Assembly: GCA_002413145.1 (NCBI GenBank)
Contig: DHWK01000034.1
Span: 5,732-39,307, forward strand
DNA length: 33,576 nt
Direction of reading: 5' to 3'
DNA from: a bacterium UBP12_UBA5184
GTDB lineage: Bacteria > Vulcanimicrobiota > Vulcanimicrobiia > Vulcanimicrobiales > Vulcanimicrobiaceae
The translations under genes were made by a program, and so were the position numbers. Positions 1 through 6,828 of the stretch are shown piece after piece (the stretch's first letter is position 1; each line of letters starts with the position of its first letter). Below the pieces are notes generated by a model. The model saw nothing but the letters and a program-made list of their open reading frames with translations, was not told where the DNA came from and did no database searches.

Positions 1-423
1 GCCTATGCCGCGGCCGCGCGACGCGAGGGCAGCGACCGCGAACGGAACGCTGACGGCCGCGGGCGAGAGTAAGCCGCCGTAGTCGTGTTGGACGAGGGCA
101 ACCATCACGAACACCCCGAGCGGCACGAGGGTGAAATAGTCCGAGATGATTCCGGCGCGGACGTCACTGTGCCAACTCGCGACGAGCGAGACGGTCAAGA
201 TGGCCGCGAGCACCAACCCGACGAACGGGATGCCGCGAGCGCCTAAGACCAGGCCGATCGCCACCGCGCCCCCGAGGAGCCAGGGCGTCGGCGGTATGCC
301 GGGTCTGGGTCCGTCTTCGAACGGCTCGATCGATCGGCAGATGGCGACGCTCAACCGGACGCCCAAGAAGGCCGCGCAACCGAACAGAAGACCTACCAGC
401 GGCGTTACCCACCAGCCGTTCAT
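1..423 (-). CDS. A24 prepilin peptidase-like membrane protein, second copy. Partial: the C-terminus runs off the window edge.
   Basis: Not in the ORF track because it is open to base 1. Hand translation of the minus strand from ATG 423-421 gives 141 codons with no stop: MNGWWVTPLVGLLFGCAAFLG...SWHSDVRAGIISDYFTLVPLGVFVMVAL...ALASRGRGIG. It is hydrophobic and multi-TM. The DxxxxxIxD segment resembles the first catalytic-Asp region of A24 peptidases. The window ends just before the expected GxGDxK motif. The ATG overlaps the tadC stop (ATGA). Confidence 0.55.
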   Translation of the reverse strand, partial: MNGWWVTPLVGLLFGCAAFLGVRLSVAICRSIEPFEDGPRPGIPPTPWLLGGAVAIGLVLGARGIPFVGLVLAAILTVSLVASWHSDVRAGIISDYFTLVPLGVFVMVALVQHDYGGLLSPAAVSVPFAVAALASRGRGIG

Positions 424-1271
424 TTGCTCATATAGTTCGCAGCGACGCCGCCGAAGATCATGACGAACAGCGCCGGAAGCATGAAAAGCGCCATCGGAAT
501 GACCATCTTGGTGGGCATGAGGTTCGCGATCTCTTCGGCACGGATCATGCGGCGGTTGCGAGTTTCTTCGGAAAGTTCTTCCAGAACTTTCGCGAGGTTC
601 GAACCGAGGCGCTCGGCCTGGACGATCGCCGTGACGGTCGTGCTCAACTGCTCCTGCCGCACGCGACCGGCCATCGATTTGAGAGCGTCGGCACGCGAGC
701 GGCCCAAGCGAATCTCGGAGAGAACGGCCTTGACCTCTTCGCCGAGCGGGCCTTCCGCGATTTCTTGTGCGTGTTGGAGGGCGGCGTTGAAGGCTAAGCC
801 GGCTTGCACCGTAGTGCCCAGCATGTCGAGCAAATCGGGGAGGGCGCGCTGGATTGCGAGCTTGCGCTTTTTCACGGCGCTCTTCAGTTGCGAAAGGGGT
901 AAGTAGGCGCCGCAAACCACGAGCAGCCCCGTCCCCATCAAGAAGAGGTTGCCCCACTGCTCCAGGTAGGTGCACAGCGCCAAGCCGATCGCGAGCCCAA
1001 AGCCGGCCCCCGAGACGATGCGCGCGCCCATCTTGGCGGGCGTGACTCGGTACCAGCCCGCTTCCTGTAACTGCTGCTGCAGTTTTCCGCGCTGACCTTC
1101 ACTGAAGATCCGCTCAAAGGCCCGAGAGCGCGAGTCCGCTTCGTCCCAGCGCATCCCCTCGAGTTCCTCGAGGCGCTTGCTGATGTCGCTCTTGCTCGGG
1201 ATCAGCGAAAGCGCGAACATGAAGGCGGAGAGTGCGAAACAGCCGGCGATGACGAAGACGATGGTTGGCAT
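420..1271 (-). CDS. tadC: Tad pilus inner-membrane platform protein TadC (GspF/T2SS-F family)
   Basis: 283 aa. N-terminal TM, a cytoplasmic helical T2SS-F-like domain (ALPDLLDMLGTTVQAGLAFNAAL...EIRLGRSRADAL) and C-terminal TMs. It is the second of two paralogous platform genes after the ATPase. Confidence 0.85.
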   Translation of the reverse strand: MPTIVFVIAGCFALSAFMFALSLIPSKSDISKRLEELEGMRWDEADSRSRAFERIFSEGQRGKLQQQLQEAGWYRVTPAKMGARIVSGAGFGLAIGLALCTYLEQWGNLFLMGTGLLVVCGAYLPLSQLKSAVKKRKLAIQRALPDLLDMLGTTVQAGLAFNAALQHAQEIAEGPLGEEVKAVLSEIRLGRSRADALKSMAGRVRQEQLSTTVTAIVQAERLGSNLAKVLEELSEETRNRRMIRAEEIANLMPTKMVIPMALFMLPALFVMIFGGVAANYMSK

Positions 1272-1285
1272 CTATTTTCGCATCC

Positions 1286-2146
1286 TCATACGTCGAATTG
1301 CAAGATCTTGCCGAGCGCGACGATCGCGGCGAGCTCGAGCAGGCCGACCAGGCCGAGGACCATCCAACCCGGGTGCGTGTGCAGGAGCGCTTGCGCCATG
1401 TCGGGCTGCGTCGTTAGCACGAAACCGCCGACCACGACCGGCATCCCACCGATGATGAAGGCGCCGAAGCGGCCTTGCGCGGTCAGCGCTCCCATCTTGC
1501 GGACGACGCGACGGCGATCGCGAATGGTCGTGGCGAGCGTCTCCAGAACGCGCGCCAAATCCCCACCGGTTTGCGATTGGACGCGGACGGCGCGCGAGAA
1601 CATCGTCATCTCGTGGCTCGGCATGTTTTTGGCGAGTTCGTCGAGGGCGTCGAGCATCCCGATGCCGATGTTGGTCCGGCCGACGACTCGCATGAACTCG
1701 CGGCGCGCAGGATCGGGTACTTCTTCGGTCACCAGAATGAGCGCTTGGCGCAAGCCCAAACCGACCCGCAGCGCGCCGGCCAGCATGCGCAGAACCATCT
1801 CGAGCTGTTGTCCGAATGCGCCGACGCGCCGATCGCCTTTGAAACGCAAGAAGATCGAACCGAAGAGCAGGGACCCCGCCAGGATGACGGGTCCGATCAA
1901 AATCGCATACGGCGCGCTCGGGCGAAAGACGAGCACGGCGAGCACCCACAGGAGCAGGGCCGCCCCGAGCACGATCAGCACGAAGTCCTCAGGTTTGATC
2001 GACATATCGGCGCGAAGCAGCCGGTGGCGATACGTTTCGCCCAGCGATTTGAGATATTTCCTGGGGTCGGCGCCGAGCGCGAATATCAAGAGCGCGACGA
2101 TCGCCAGCGCCCCGAATGCGAGCAGAATCGGGAACATGCCTACCAC
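1286..2146 (-). CDS. tadB: Tad pilus inner-membrane platform protein TadB (GspF/T2SS-F family)
   Basis: 286 aa with the same architecture as tadC (QLEMVLRMLAGALRVGLGLRQAL...). A GTG at 2146 overlaps the ATPase stop. An alternative ATG at 2137 sits 2 nt after that stop. Confidence 0.85.
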   Translation of the reverse strand: MVGMFPILLAFGALAIVALLIFALGADPRKYLKSLGETYRHRLLRADMSIKPEDFVLIVLGAALLLWVLAVLVFRPSAPYAILIGPVILAGSLLFGSIFLRFKGDRRVGAFGQQLEMVLRMLAGALRVGLGLRQALILVTEEVPDPARREFMRVVGRTNIGIGMLDALDELAKNMPSHEMTMFSRAVRVQSQTGGDLARVLETLATTIRDRRRVVRKMGALTAQGRFGAFIIGGMPVVVGGFVLTTQPDMAQALLHTHPGWMVLGLVGLLELAAIVALGKILQFDV

Positions 2147-4230
2147 AGCACCTTAGTCGGTTCCAGCGTCGCAAGCTCGCGCACGTCGAAGCGAATCCCC
2201 GCTTCTTCGAAACGATCGATGTAGTGCGGCTGAACGCCGGTGTATTGAAACTCGCCGATGACTTTTCCGTCTTTGTCGATGCCGCGTTGCGCAAAGCGGA
2301 CGATCTCCTGCATGGTGACGATGTCGCCCTCCATGCCGACGATCTCCGAGATGCTGGTGACGCGGCGGCTGCCGTCGCGGAGGCGCGCGATCTGCACGAC
2401 GACGTCGACCGCGCCCGAGATTTGCTCGCGGATGGCGCGAATCGGCAATTCGAAACCGGCCATGAGCACCATCGTCTCGAGACGCGACAAGGCGTCGCGC
2501 GGCGTGTTCGCGTGGAGGGTCGTCAACGACCCGTCGTGGCCGGTATTCATCGCCTGGAGCATATCGAGAGCCTCGCCGCCGCGGCATTCGCCGACGACGA
2601 TTCGATCGGGTCGCATGCGCAGCGAGTTGCGAACGAGGTCGCGAATCGAGATCGTCCCGCGTCCTTCCAAGTTGGGCGGACGCGATTCGAGCCGGACGAC
2701 GTGCTCTTGATTGAGTGCGAGCTCGGCGGCGTCTTCAATGGTCACGATGCGTTCGTTGTGGGGGATGTAATTCGAGAGGATGTTCAGGAAGGTCGTCTTA
2801 CCGGAACCGGTGCCGCCGCTTACGACGATGTTGAGCCGCGACTCGACCATCGCTTTGAGGAGGTTGATGAACTCCGGGCTGACCGAGCCGAAGCGCAGCA
2901 AGTCGTCCATCGTCAAGCGGCGCGAACCGAAGCGGCGGATCGTCAAGGTCGAGCCGTTGAGCGAAAGCGGTTCGATGATTGCATTGACGCGCGAGCCGTC
3001 CGGGAGCCGAGCGTCGACCATCGGCGAGGACTCGTCGATGCGGCGGCCGAGCGGCGCGATGATGCGCTCGATGATCGTACGCAGGTGGCGCTCGTCGCCG
3101 AAGCGTTTGTCCGAGAGCGTCAGCTTCCCGCCACGCTCGACGTAGATCATCCCCGACCCGTTGACCATGATTTCGGTGACCGCCGGGTCCCGCATCAGAT
3201 CTTCGAGCGGCCCTAGCCCCAAGAGTTCGTCGATGATCTCTTGCTGCAGCTCGGCGCGTTCTTCGAGCGAGAGACGACCGGCGCTCTCGGTCAAGACTTG
3301 CGCGGTGACGTCGTTGATCTGGGCGCGCAGCTCGGCGATTTTCTGGTTGTCGGTATGGGCGCGGCTGGCGGCGACGACGTCGATGCGCTTGGAGACCTGC
3401 TCGTGGATCTCGGCCTTGAGCGTATCGCGCGCGTCGTCGGCGGGAGGGCGCGGACGCGGGGCCGTCTGGCCGTTCGCGGCGATGACCTGCGTCATCGGCC
3501 CGAGTGCGTTGCTGGGTGAGAAGGTCGAGCCGCGCTGGCTCCCTCCCGACCCGGCGGTGCGCAGCGTCTCGAGCGGCGACTCCGGGGCGATCGACGCGAT
3601 GCGCTTGGCAAGCAGCTCGAGGGCGCGCCCAAAATGCCGATCGGTCCGCACCGGAACCTCGGCGATCACCGTGCTACCCAGCGCCTTTTCGAGTTCGCGC
3701 GCCGTGATCTCGGGGCGGCCGGAACGGGAGTTGGTGACCAGGCAGATGCGCGTCATCGGCACGCCCACTTTCGCCAGGTCACCGATCAGCGAACGCGCGG
3801 CGGCGCTGCCGAGCAAGTTCGGTTCGAAAATCACGACGTAGCGCGAAGCGCGCGTGATCAGCGGCCGCAACGCTCCCGAGAACGGCGTCGGTGCGTCGAA
3901 TAGCACGACATCGTTCTGCGCGTCGAGCACGTCCGCGATGGCCTCGACGTCTTCACTGCGCAGCATGAACGAATTGTCGAGATTGTCCGTCAGTTCGACC
4001 GCCGTCAAGCCCTCCCGGCGGATCGTCGAATAGGGCGTCGTCGCACGCTCGGAATCGAAGGCTCGAACCGCGTCGAGCAGGACGGCGACGTTCCGCCGGC
4101 CTGAGAGGTCGCCATCGACAAGCGCGACGTCCTTCCCGCCGCGGCGCATCGCGCGCGCGACCTCGATCGCGATGGTCGTGGCGCCCGAGCCGCCCTTCGC
4201 ATTGATGAGGGCGACGATCGTGGCGCTCAT
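2140..4230 (-). CDS. cpaF: Fusion of a TadZ/CpaE-like ParA/MinD-type domain to the CpaF/TadA secretion ATPase
   Basis: 696 aa. The N-terminal ~215 aa start MSATIVALINAKGGSGATTIAIE..VALVDGDL, a deviant Walker A of KGGxGxT type that lacks the GKT lysine. A low-complexity Pro/Ala/Ser linker follows. The C-terminal part is a typical CpaF/VirB11-like ATPase (VVSGGTGSGKTTFLN Walker A, RIVTIEDAAEL, RPDRIVVGECRGGEA, NTGHDGSLTTLHAN). The ATG overlaps the cpaB stop (ATGA). Confidence 0.9.
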   Translation of the reverse strand: MSATIVALINAKGGSGATTIAIEVARAMRRGGKDVALVDGDLSGRRNVAVLLDAVRAFDSERATTPYSTIRREGLTAVELTDNLDNSFMLRSEDVEAIADVLDAQNDVVLFDAPTPFSGALRPLITRASRYVVIFEPNLLGSAAARSLIGDLAKVGVPMTRICLVTNSRSGRPEITARELEKALGSTVIAEVPVRTDRHFGRALELLAKRIASIAPESPLETLRTAGSGGSQRGSTFSPSNALGPMTQVIAANGQTAPRPRPPADDARDTLKAEIHEQVSKRIDVVAASRAHTDNQKIAELRAQINDVTAQVLTESAGRLSLEERAELQQEIIDELLGLGPLEDLMRDPAVTEIMVNGSGMIYVERGGKLTLSDKRFGDERHLRTIIERIIAPLGRRIDESSPMVDARLPDGSRVNAIIEPLSLNGSTLTIRRFGSRRLTMDDLLRFGSVSPEFINLLKAMVESRLNIVVSGGTGSGKTTFLNILSNYIPHNERIVTIEDAAELALNQEHVVRLESRPPNLEGRGTISIRDLVRNSLRMRPDRIVVGECRGGEALDMLQAMNTGHDGSLTTLHANTPRDALSRLETMVLMAGFELPIRAIREQISGAVDVVVQIARLRDGSRRVTSISEIVGMEGDIVTMQEIVRFAQRGIDKDGKVIGEFQYTGVQPHYIDRFEEAGIRFDVRELATLEPTKVLW

Positions 4231-5090
4231 TGGCTCGAGCTGATTACTCTGTCGCCGTCGATGATGGTGATCGGCGATACTGGTTTGCTGACCGCCGGCG
4301 GTCGGGCCGCAAAAAACGGCGGCGGAACGCCCGGGAACCCTTGGCTCGGTCCCGCTGCGGCCGGCCGCGATGAATCGGGAGCGTCGGGAAAGACGAGGTT
4401 CTCGGCGAGCATCGAGCGGACGGGCTCCTGCGGCGAACGCAGGGCCAGCCGCAACGTCGTATTGAGATCGGCCATCGTCAACAGATCGGCTTGATTGACG
4501 GCGATCCCGAGCGTCACGGTCACCAGGTTCATGTTATCGGGGGAGGGCGTCGCGCCGGCGGTTTCCAGCGCTTGATTGATCGCCAGCACGAGCGCGCCGC
4601 GAATGATCGTGACCGCCTTCGGTTGGAGGCCCGGCGCGCGCGGCACCGAGGCTAAGACATCGACGCGATCGCCGGGCTGAATCAAACCCGAGACCGCTTT
4701 GACACGATCGACCGGAATCGAGATGGCGCGCATCCCCGGTTTGAGGCGAACGGTCAAACCTACTTCGACCGGACGGCCGACCTTCGTCGCCGTCAGCGTC
4801 GAGCCGGCCGGGATCGTGATCAGCGCGATGTCGCCTTCGGCCTGCTTTTCGTCCGAGAGCGCACCCGGTTCGATTTCAGAAACTGCACGCTGCGAGCGGG
4901 TTAGCATCTCCGGAACGATCTTCGCGCGCGCCGGGATATCGCGCGCCGCGACCACGATCGGGCGCATTTGAACGTCTTGCTGTCGTACGTCGGCCTGACT
5001 CTGGATCGAAGAGAGGTAGCGCAGCGTCAGCACGCCCGTCCCCAGAGCCAGGACGACGGCGACGATGAGGGTGATGCGGCGGGTATTCAC
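4227..5090 (-). CDS. cpaB: Flp pilus assembly protein CpaB/RcpC (SAF domain)
   Basis: N-terminal TM (ITLIVAVVLALGTGVLTL), a SAF-like segment (IVVAARDIPARAKIVPEMLT) and a CpaB/RcpC-like C-terminal region. I prefer the GTG at 5090, which overlaps the tadV stop (GTGA). The track ATG at 5150 would overlap tadV by 64 nt. Confidence 0.8.
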   Translation of the reverse strand: MNTRRITLIVAVVLALGTGVLTLRYLSSIQSQADVRQQDVQMRPIVVAARDIPARAKIVPEMLTRSQRAVSEIEPGALSDEKQAEGDIALITIPAGSTLTATKVGRPVEVGLTVRLKPGMRAISIPVDRVKAVSGLIQPGDRVDVLASVPRAPGLQPKAVTIIRGALVLAINQALETAGATPSPDNMNLVTVTLGIAVNQADLLTMADLNTTLRLALRSPQEPVRSMLAENLVFPDAPDSSRPAAAGPSQGFPGVPPPFFAARPPAVSKPVSPITIIDGDRVISSSQ

Positions 5091-5611
5091 AGGGAAAGCC
5101 TCAAGAACGGTGCGGCGGTGTGAGAAAGTGCGACGGCGACTGCTCCACACGCGATCGCGATGGCGTAGGGAAGCATGATCGGCCGGCGCGGGGCGACCGC
5201 GACGGTGCCTCTATAAGCAATCGGCCGTAAGACGAGCGTAATCGAGTGCAAGACGCTGCGGAGCCGCCCGGTCCCCAGCGCGACGGCCAAGGCGAGCAGG
5301 CCTCCCCCGATCGCCGTGTAGAGCAAAAACGGGACGGCGTCCGGGAAACCCAGGGCGGCGGCGGCGGCGGCGGCCAGCTTGACGTCGCCTCCGCCGAGCC
5401 AGCCCATCGAAAATGCAGCCAGACCGACCGCCATGACCGTGGCCAGGGCCGCGAGCGAGACGGCCAGTGAGGCCCAACCTTGCGTCGCGTGCAGGGCGAG
5501 TGCGGCAAGCGCAAGCCCGATCGTCAACGCGTTGGGAATTCGGCGAGAAGTGAGATCCGTGGCGACCGCGATCGCGCAGGCCGCCAAAACGATCCAGATC
5601 GCGAAAGACAT
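5087..5611 (-). CDS. tadV: Prepilin peptidase TadV/CpaA (A24 family, no methyltransferase domain)
   Basis: 174 aa, polytopic. Both catalytic-Asp contexts are present: AVATDLTSRRIPN and LGGGDVKL. An AGGAG RBS lies 5 nt upstream of the ATG. It sits immediately downstream of flp. Confidence 0.85.
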   Translation of the reverse strand: MSFAIWIVLAACAIAVATDLTSRRIPNALTIGLALAALALHATQGWASLAVSLAALATVMAVGLAAFSMGWLGGGDVKLAAAAAAALGFPDAVPFLLYTAIGGGLLALAVALGTGRLRSVLHSITLVLRPIAYRGTVAVAPRRPIMLPYAIAIACGAVAVALSHTAAPFLRLSL

Positions 5612-5625
5612 GAGGCTCCTGACAC

Positions 5626-5670
5626 AAAAACCCCCGGCGCCCGGACTGCGCCGGACACCGGGGGCTTTTT
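5626..5670 (-). terminator. Rho-independent (bidirectional-looking) terminator or attenuator between flp and tadV
   Basis: On the minus strand the sequence reads AAAAAG-CCCCCGGTGTCCGG-CGCAGT-CCGGGCGCCGGGGG-TTTTTGTG. That is a 14-bp stem (12 Watson-Crick pairs, 2 G-U), a 6-nt loop and a T5 run. It begins 8 nt after the flp stop. The tadV RBS and ATG follow directly. Confidence 0.7.
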
Positions 5671-5677
5671 GTTTGGC

Positions 5678-5842
5678 TTAGCTGAGTTGGTTCGCAGCGT
5701 TTTGGAGGGAGGCGTTCGCCTTGTTGCCCAGCGAGCGAAGCGCGGCCATGGCCACGATCGAGACGAGGGCGATGATCAGGGCGTATTCGACGAGCCCTTG
5801 GCCGTCATCGTTGCGAAGCATCGCGGTGAAGTTCTTGAGCAC
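5678..5842 (-). CDS. flp: Flp-family type IVb pilin (prepilin)
   Basis: Small ORF missing from the track (54 aa). Hand translation gives (V/M)LKNFTAMLRNDDGQGLVEYALIIALVSIVAMAALRSLGNKANASLQNAANQLS*. It carries the canonical Flp G/XXXXEY processing motif (G-QGLV-EY) followed by a hydrophobic helix. An AAAGAGGAA RBS lies 5 nt upstream of the GTG at 5842. An internal ATG at 5821 is an alternative start. Confidence 0.85.
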   Translation of the reverse strand: MLKNFTAMLRNDDGQGLVEYALIIALVSIVAMAALRSLGNKANASLQNAANQLS

Positions 5843-5893
5843 GGGTTCCTCTTTCAGTGTGATGTTGGTGCCGGTGGGTGAAGGTGGTTCGGG

Positions 5894-6625
5894 CTACTGG
5901 ATAGAGCGCGGGGTCTGCTCGGCCGGGACCGAGAGGTCCCCGTTCGGGGCCTTCACCTCGAACCGGAGCGACGCACTCGCGACGCCGGGCACGGATGAAG
6001 CGACCAGGGTGAGGTAGGCTCCGCGCATGTATCCGGGAGCGATGGGGAACGTCGTTCGAAAGCGACCGTCTCCATCGGCGAATACTTGGCGGCGAGACAG
6101 CACGGTATCGGGAATCTCCGAAGAGAACGTGCCGATCAACGTCAGGGTTATCGGTACGTTGGACCCCGGAGCTTTGCCCGAGACGTCGAGCTGCTGGCTA
6201 CCTGGGATGTGTCGGACGTCGAGTGACGAGAGCGCACCCGTCACCGCCGCCGACGGCCGAGTCGGCAGGGACATCGACGTCGATGGCCTGCCAATCCCGC
6301 CCGGGTAGAGCGTCGCGATCGCCCGCAGGCGTGCGACGAACTGGGGTGAGACCAAAAGATCGTTCCGAGAGAAGCGGGGAGCCGCGCCGTCCATCGCTTC
6401 GGTGCGATCGTTGACGTCGAAGAGCCGCTCGCCGGGACGAACGAGAATCGTCACGCCGGGCCGCGCGAGCGACACGGCGTCTTCGGGCCCGAGATACGAA
6501 TAGACATATCCCAGCTCGGTGGCCACACGCGAAAGCGCGAGGTCGCCGCGCGCCTCGATTGCAGCGGGGGTAACCGCGGCAAAGGCAACCGACGCGAGTG
6601 TAAAACCCAGCGTAAAACGAGTCAT
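5894..6625 (-). CDS. Secreted hypothetical protein, first gene of the flp operon
   Basis: 243 aa with a signal peptide (MTRFTLGFTLASVAFAAVTPAAIEA). A GGAG RBS lies ~9 nt upstream of the ATG. The N-terminal half loosely resembles a copper-amine-oxidase-N-terminal 'stalk' fold. The C-terminal half looks like a beta-sandwich. I could not recognise a family with confidence. Confidence 0.6.
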   Translation of the reverse strand: MTRFTLGFTLASVAFAAVTPAAIEARGDLALSRVATELGYVYSYLGPEDAVSLARPGVTILVRPGERLFDVNDRTEAMDGAAPRFSRNDLLVSPQFVARLRAIATLYPGGIGRPSTSMSLPTRPSAAVTGALSSLDVRHIPGSQQLDVSGKAPGSNVPITLTLIGTFSSEIPDTVLSRRQVFADGDGRFRTTFPIAPGYMRGAYLTLVASSVPGVASASLRFEVKAPNGDLSVPAEQTPRSIQ

Positions 6626-6828
6626 GTATATAGTCTCCGTTTCGAACTCTACATGCTAGCTCAACGGTAGCGCAATCGGCCTTCGAAAATTTAACGGACC
6701 GACCACGCGGCGTTGACGCGTTAACGCTACCGTCGGTGATCTGCATCACAGCGAGCGGCGGCGTCTATTATCATGTTCGTGCGAATGCTGCCGAATACTT
6801 AGACAATCGTCCTTTGGAGTTTTATTTT
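6626..6828. promoter_or_regulatory. Divergent control region between the flp operon and the cpaC secretin
   Basis: 203-bp non-coding gap that is visibly less GC-rich than its flanks. It contains tandem GCGTTGAC/GCGTTAAC 8-mers (6710-6725), the palindrome GCGTTAACGC (6718-6727), two TTAACG(G/C)-ACCG-like half sites (6691 and 6721), and a TATTAT -10-like hexamer (6766-6771) on the + strand. No convincing full -35/-10 pair was found. Confidence 0.35.

Noticed and set aside
1272-2224. Three long ORFs (1272-1949 minus, 1308-2156 plus, 1475-2224 plus) overlapping tadB
   Set aside because: Their translations are Arg/Ala/Pro-rich and low in complexity with no recognisable motifs. That is typical of off-frame and antisense shadow ORFs in high-GC DNA. 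The tadB frame has a clear family signature.
2116-3216. 366-aa + strand ORF antisense to the fusion ATPase
   Set aside because: It is a shadow ORF opposite a strongly supported CpaF coding frame. The composition is Asp/Arg/Ala-rich with no motifs.
5354-5374. (GGC)7 trinucleotide run
   Set aside because: It lies inside tadV and simply encodes the poly-Ala stretch following GGGDVKL (LAAAAAAAL) on the minus strand. It is a possible slippage hotspot, but I see no evidence of phase variation.
6536-6553. RGD tripeptide at the predicted N-terminus of the mature 243-aa secreted protein
   Set aside because: A three-residue motif is expected by chance, and nothing in the context supports integrin-type adhesion.
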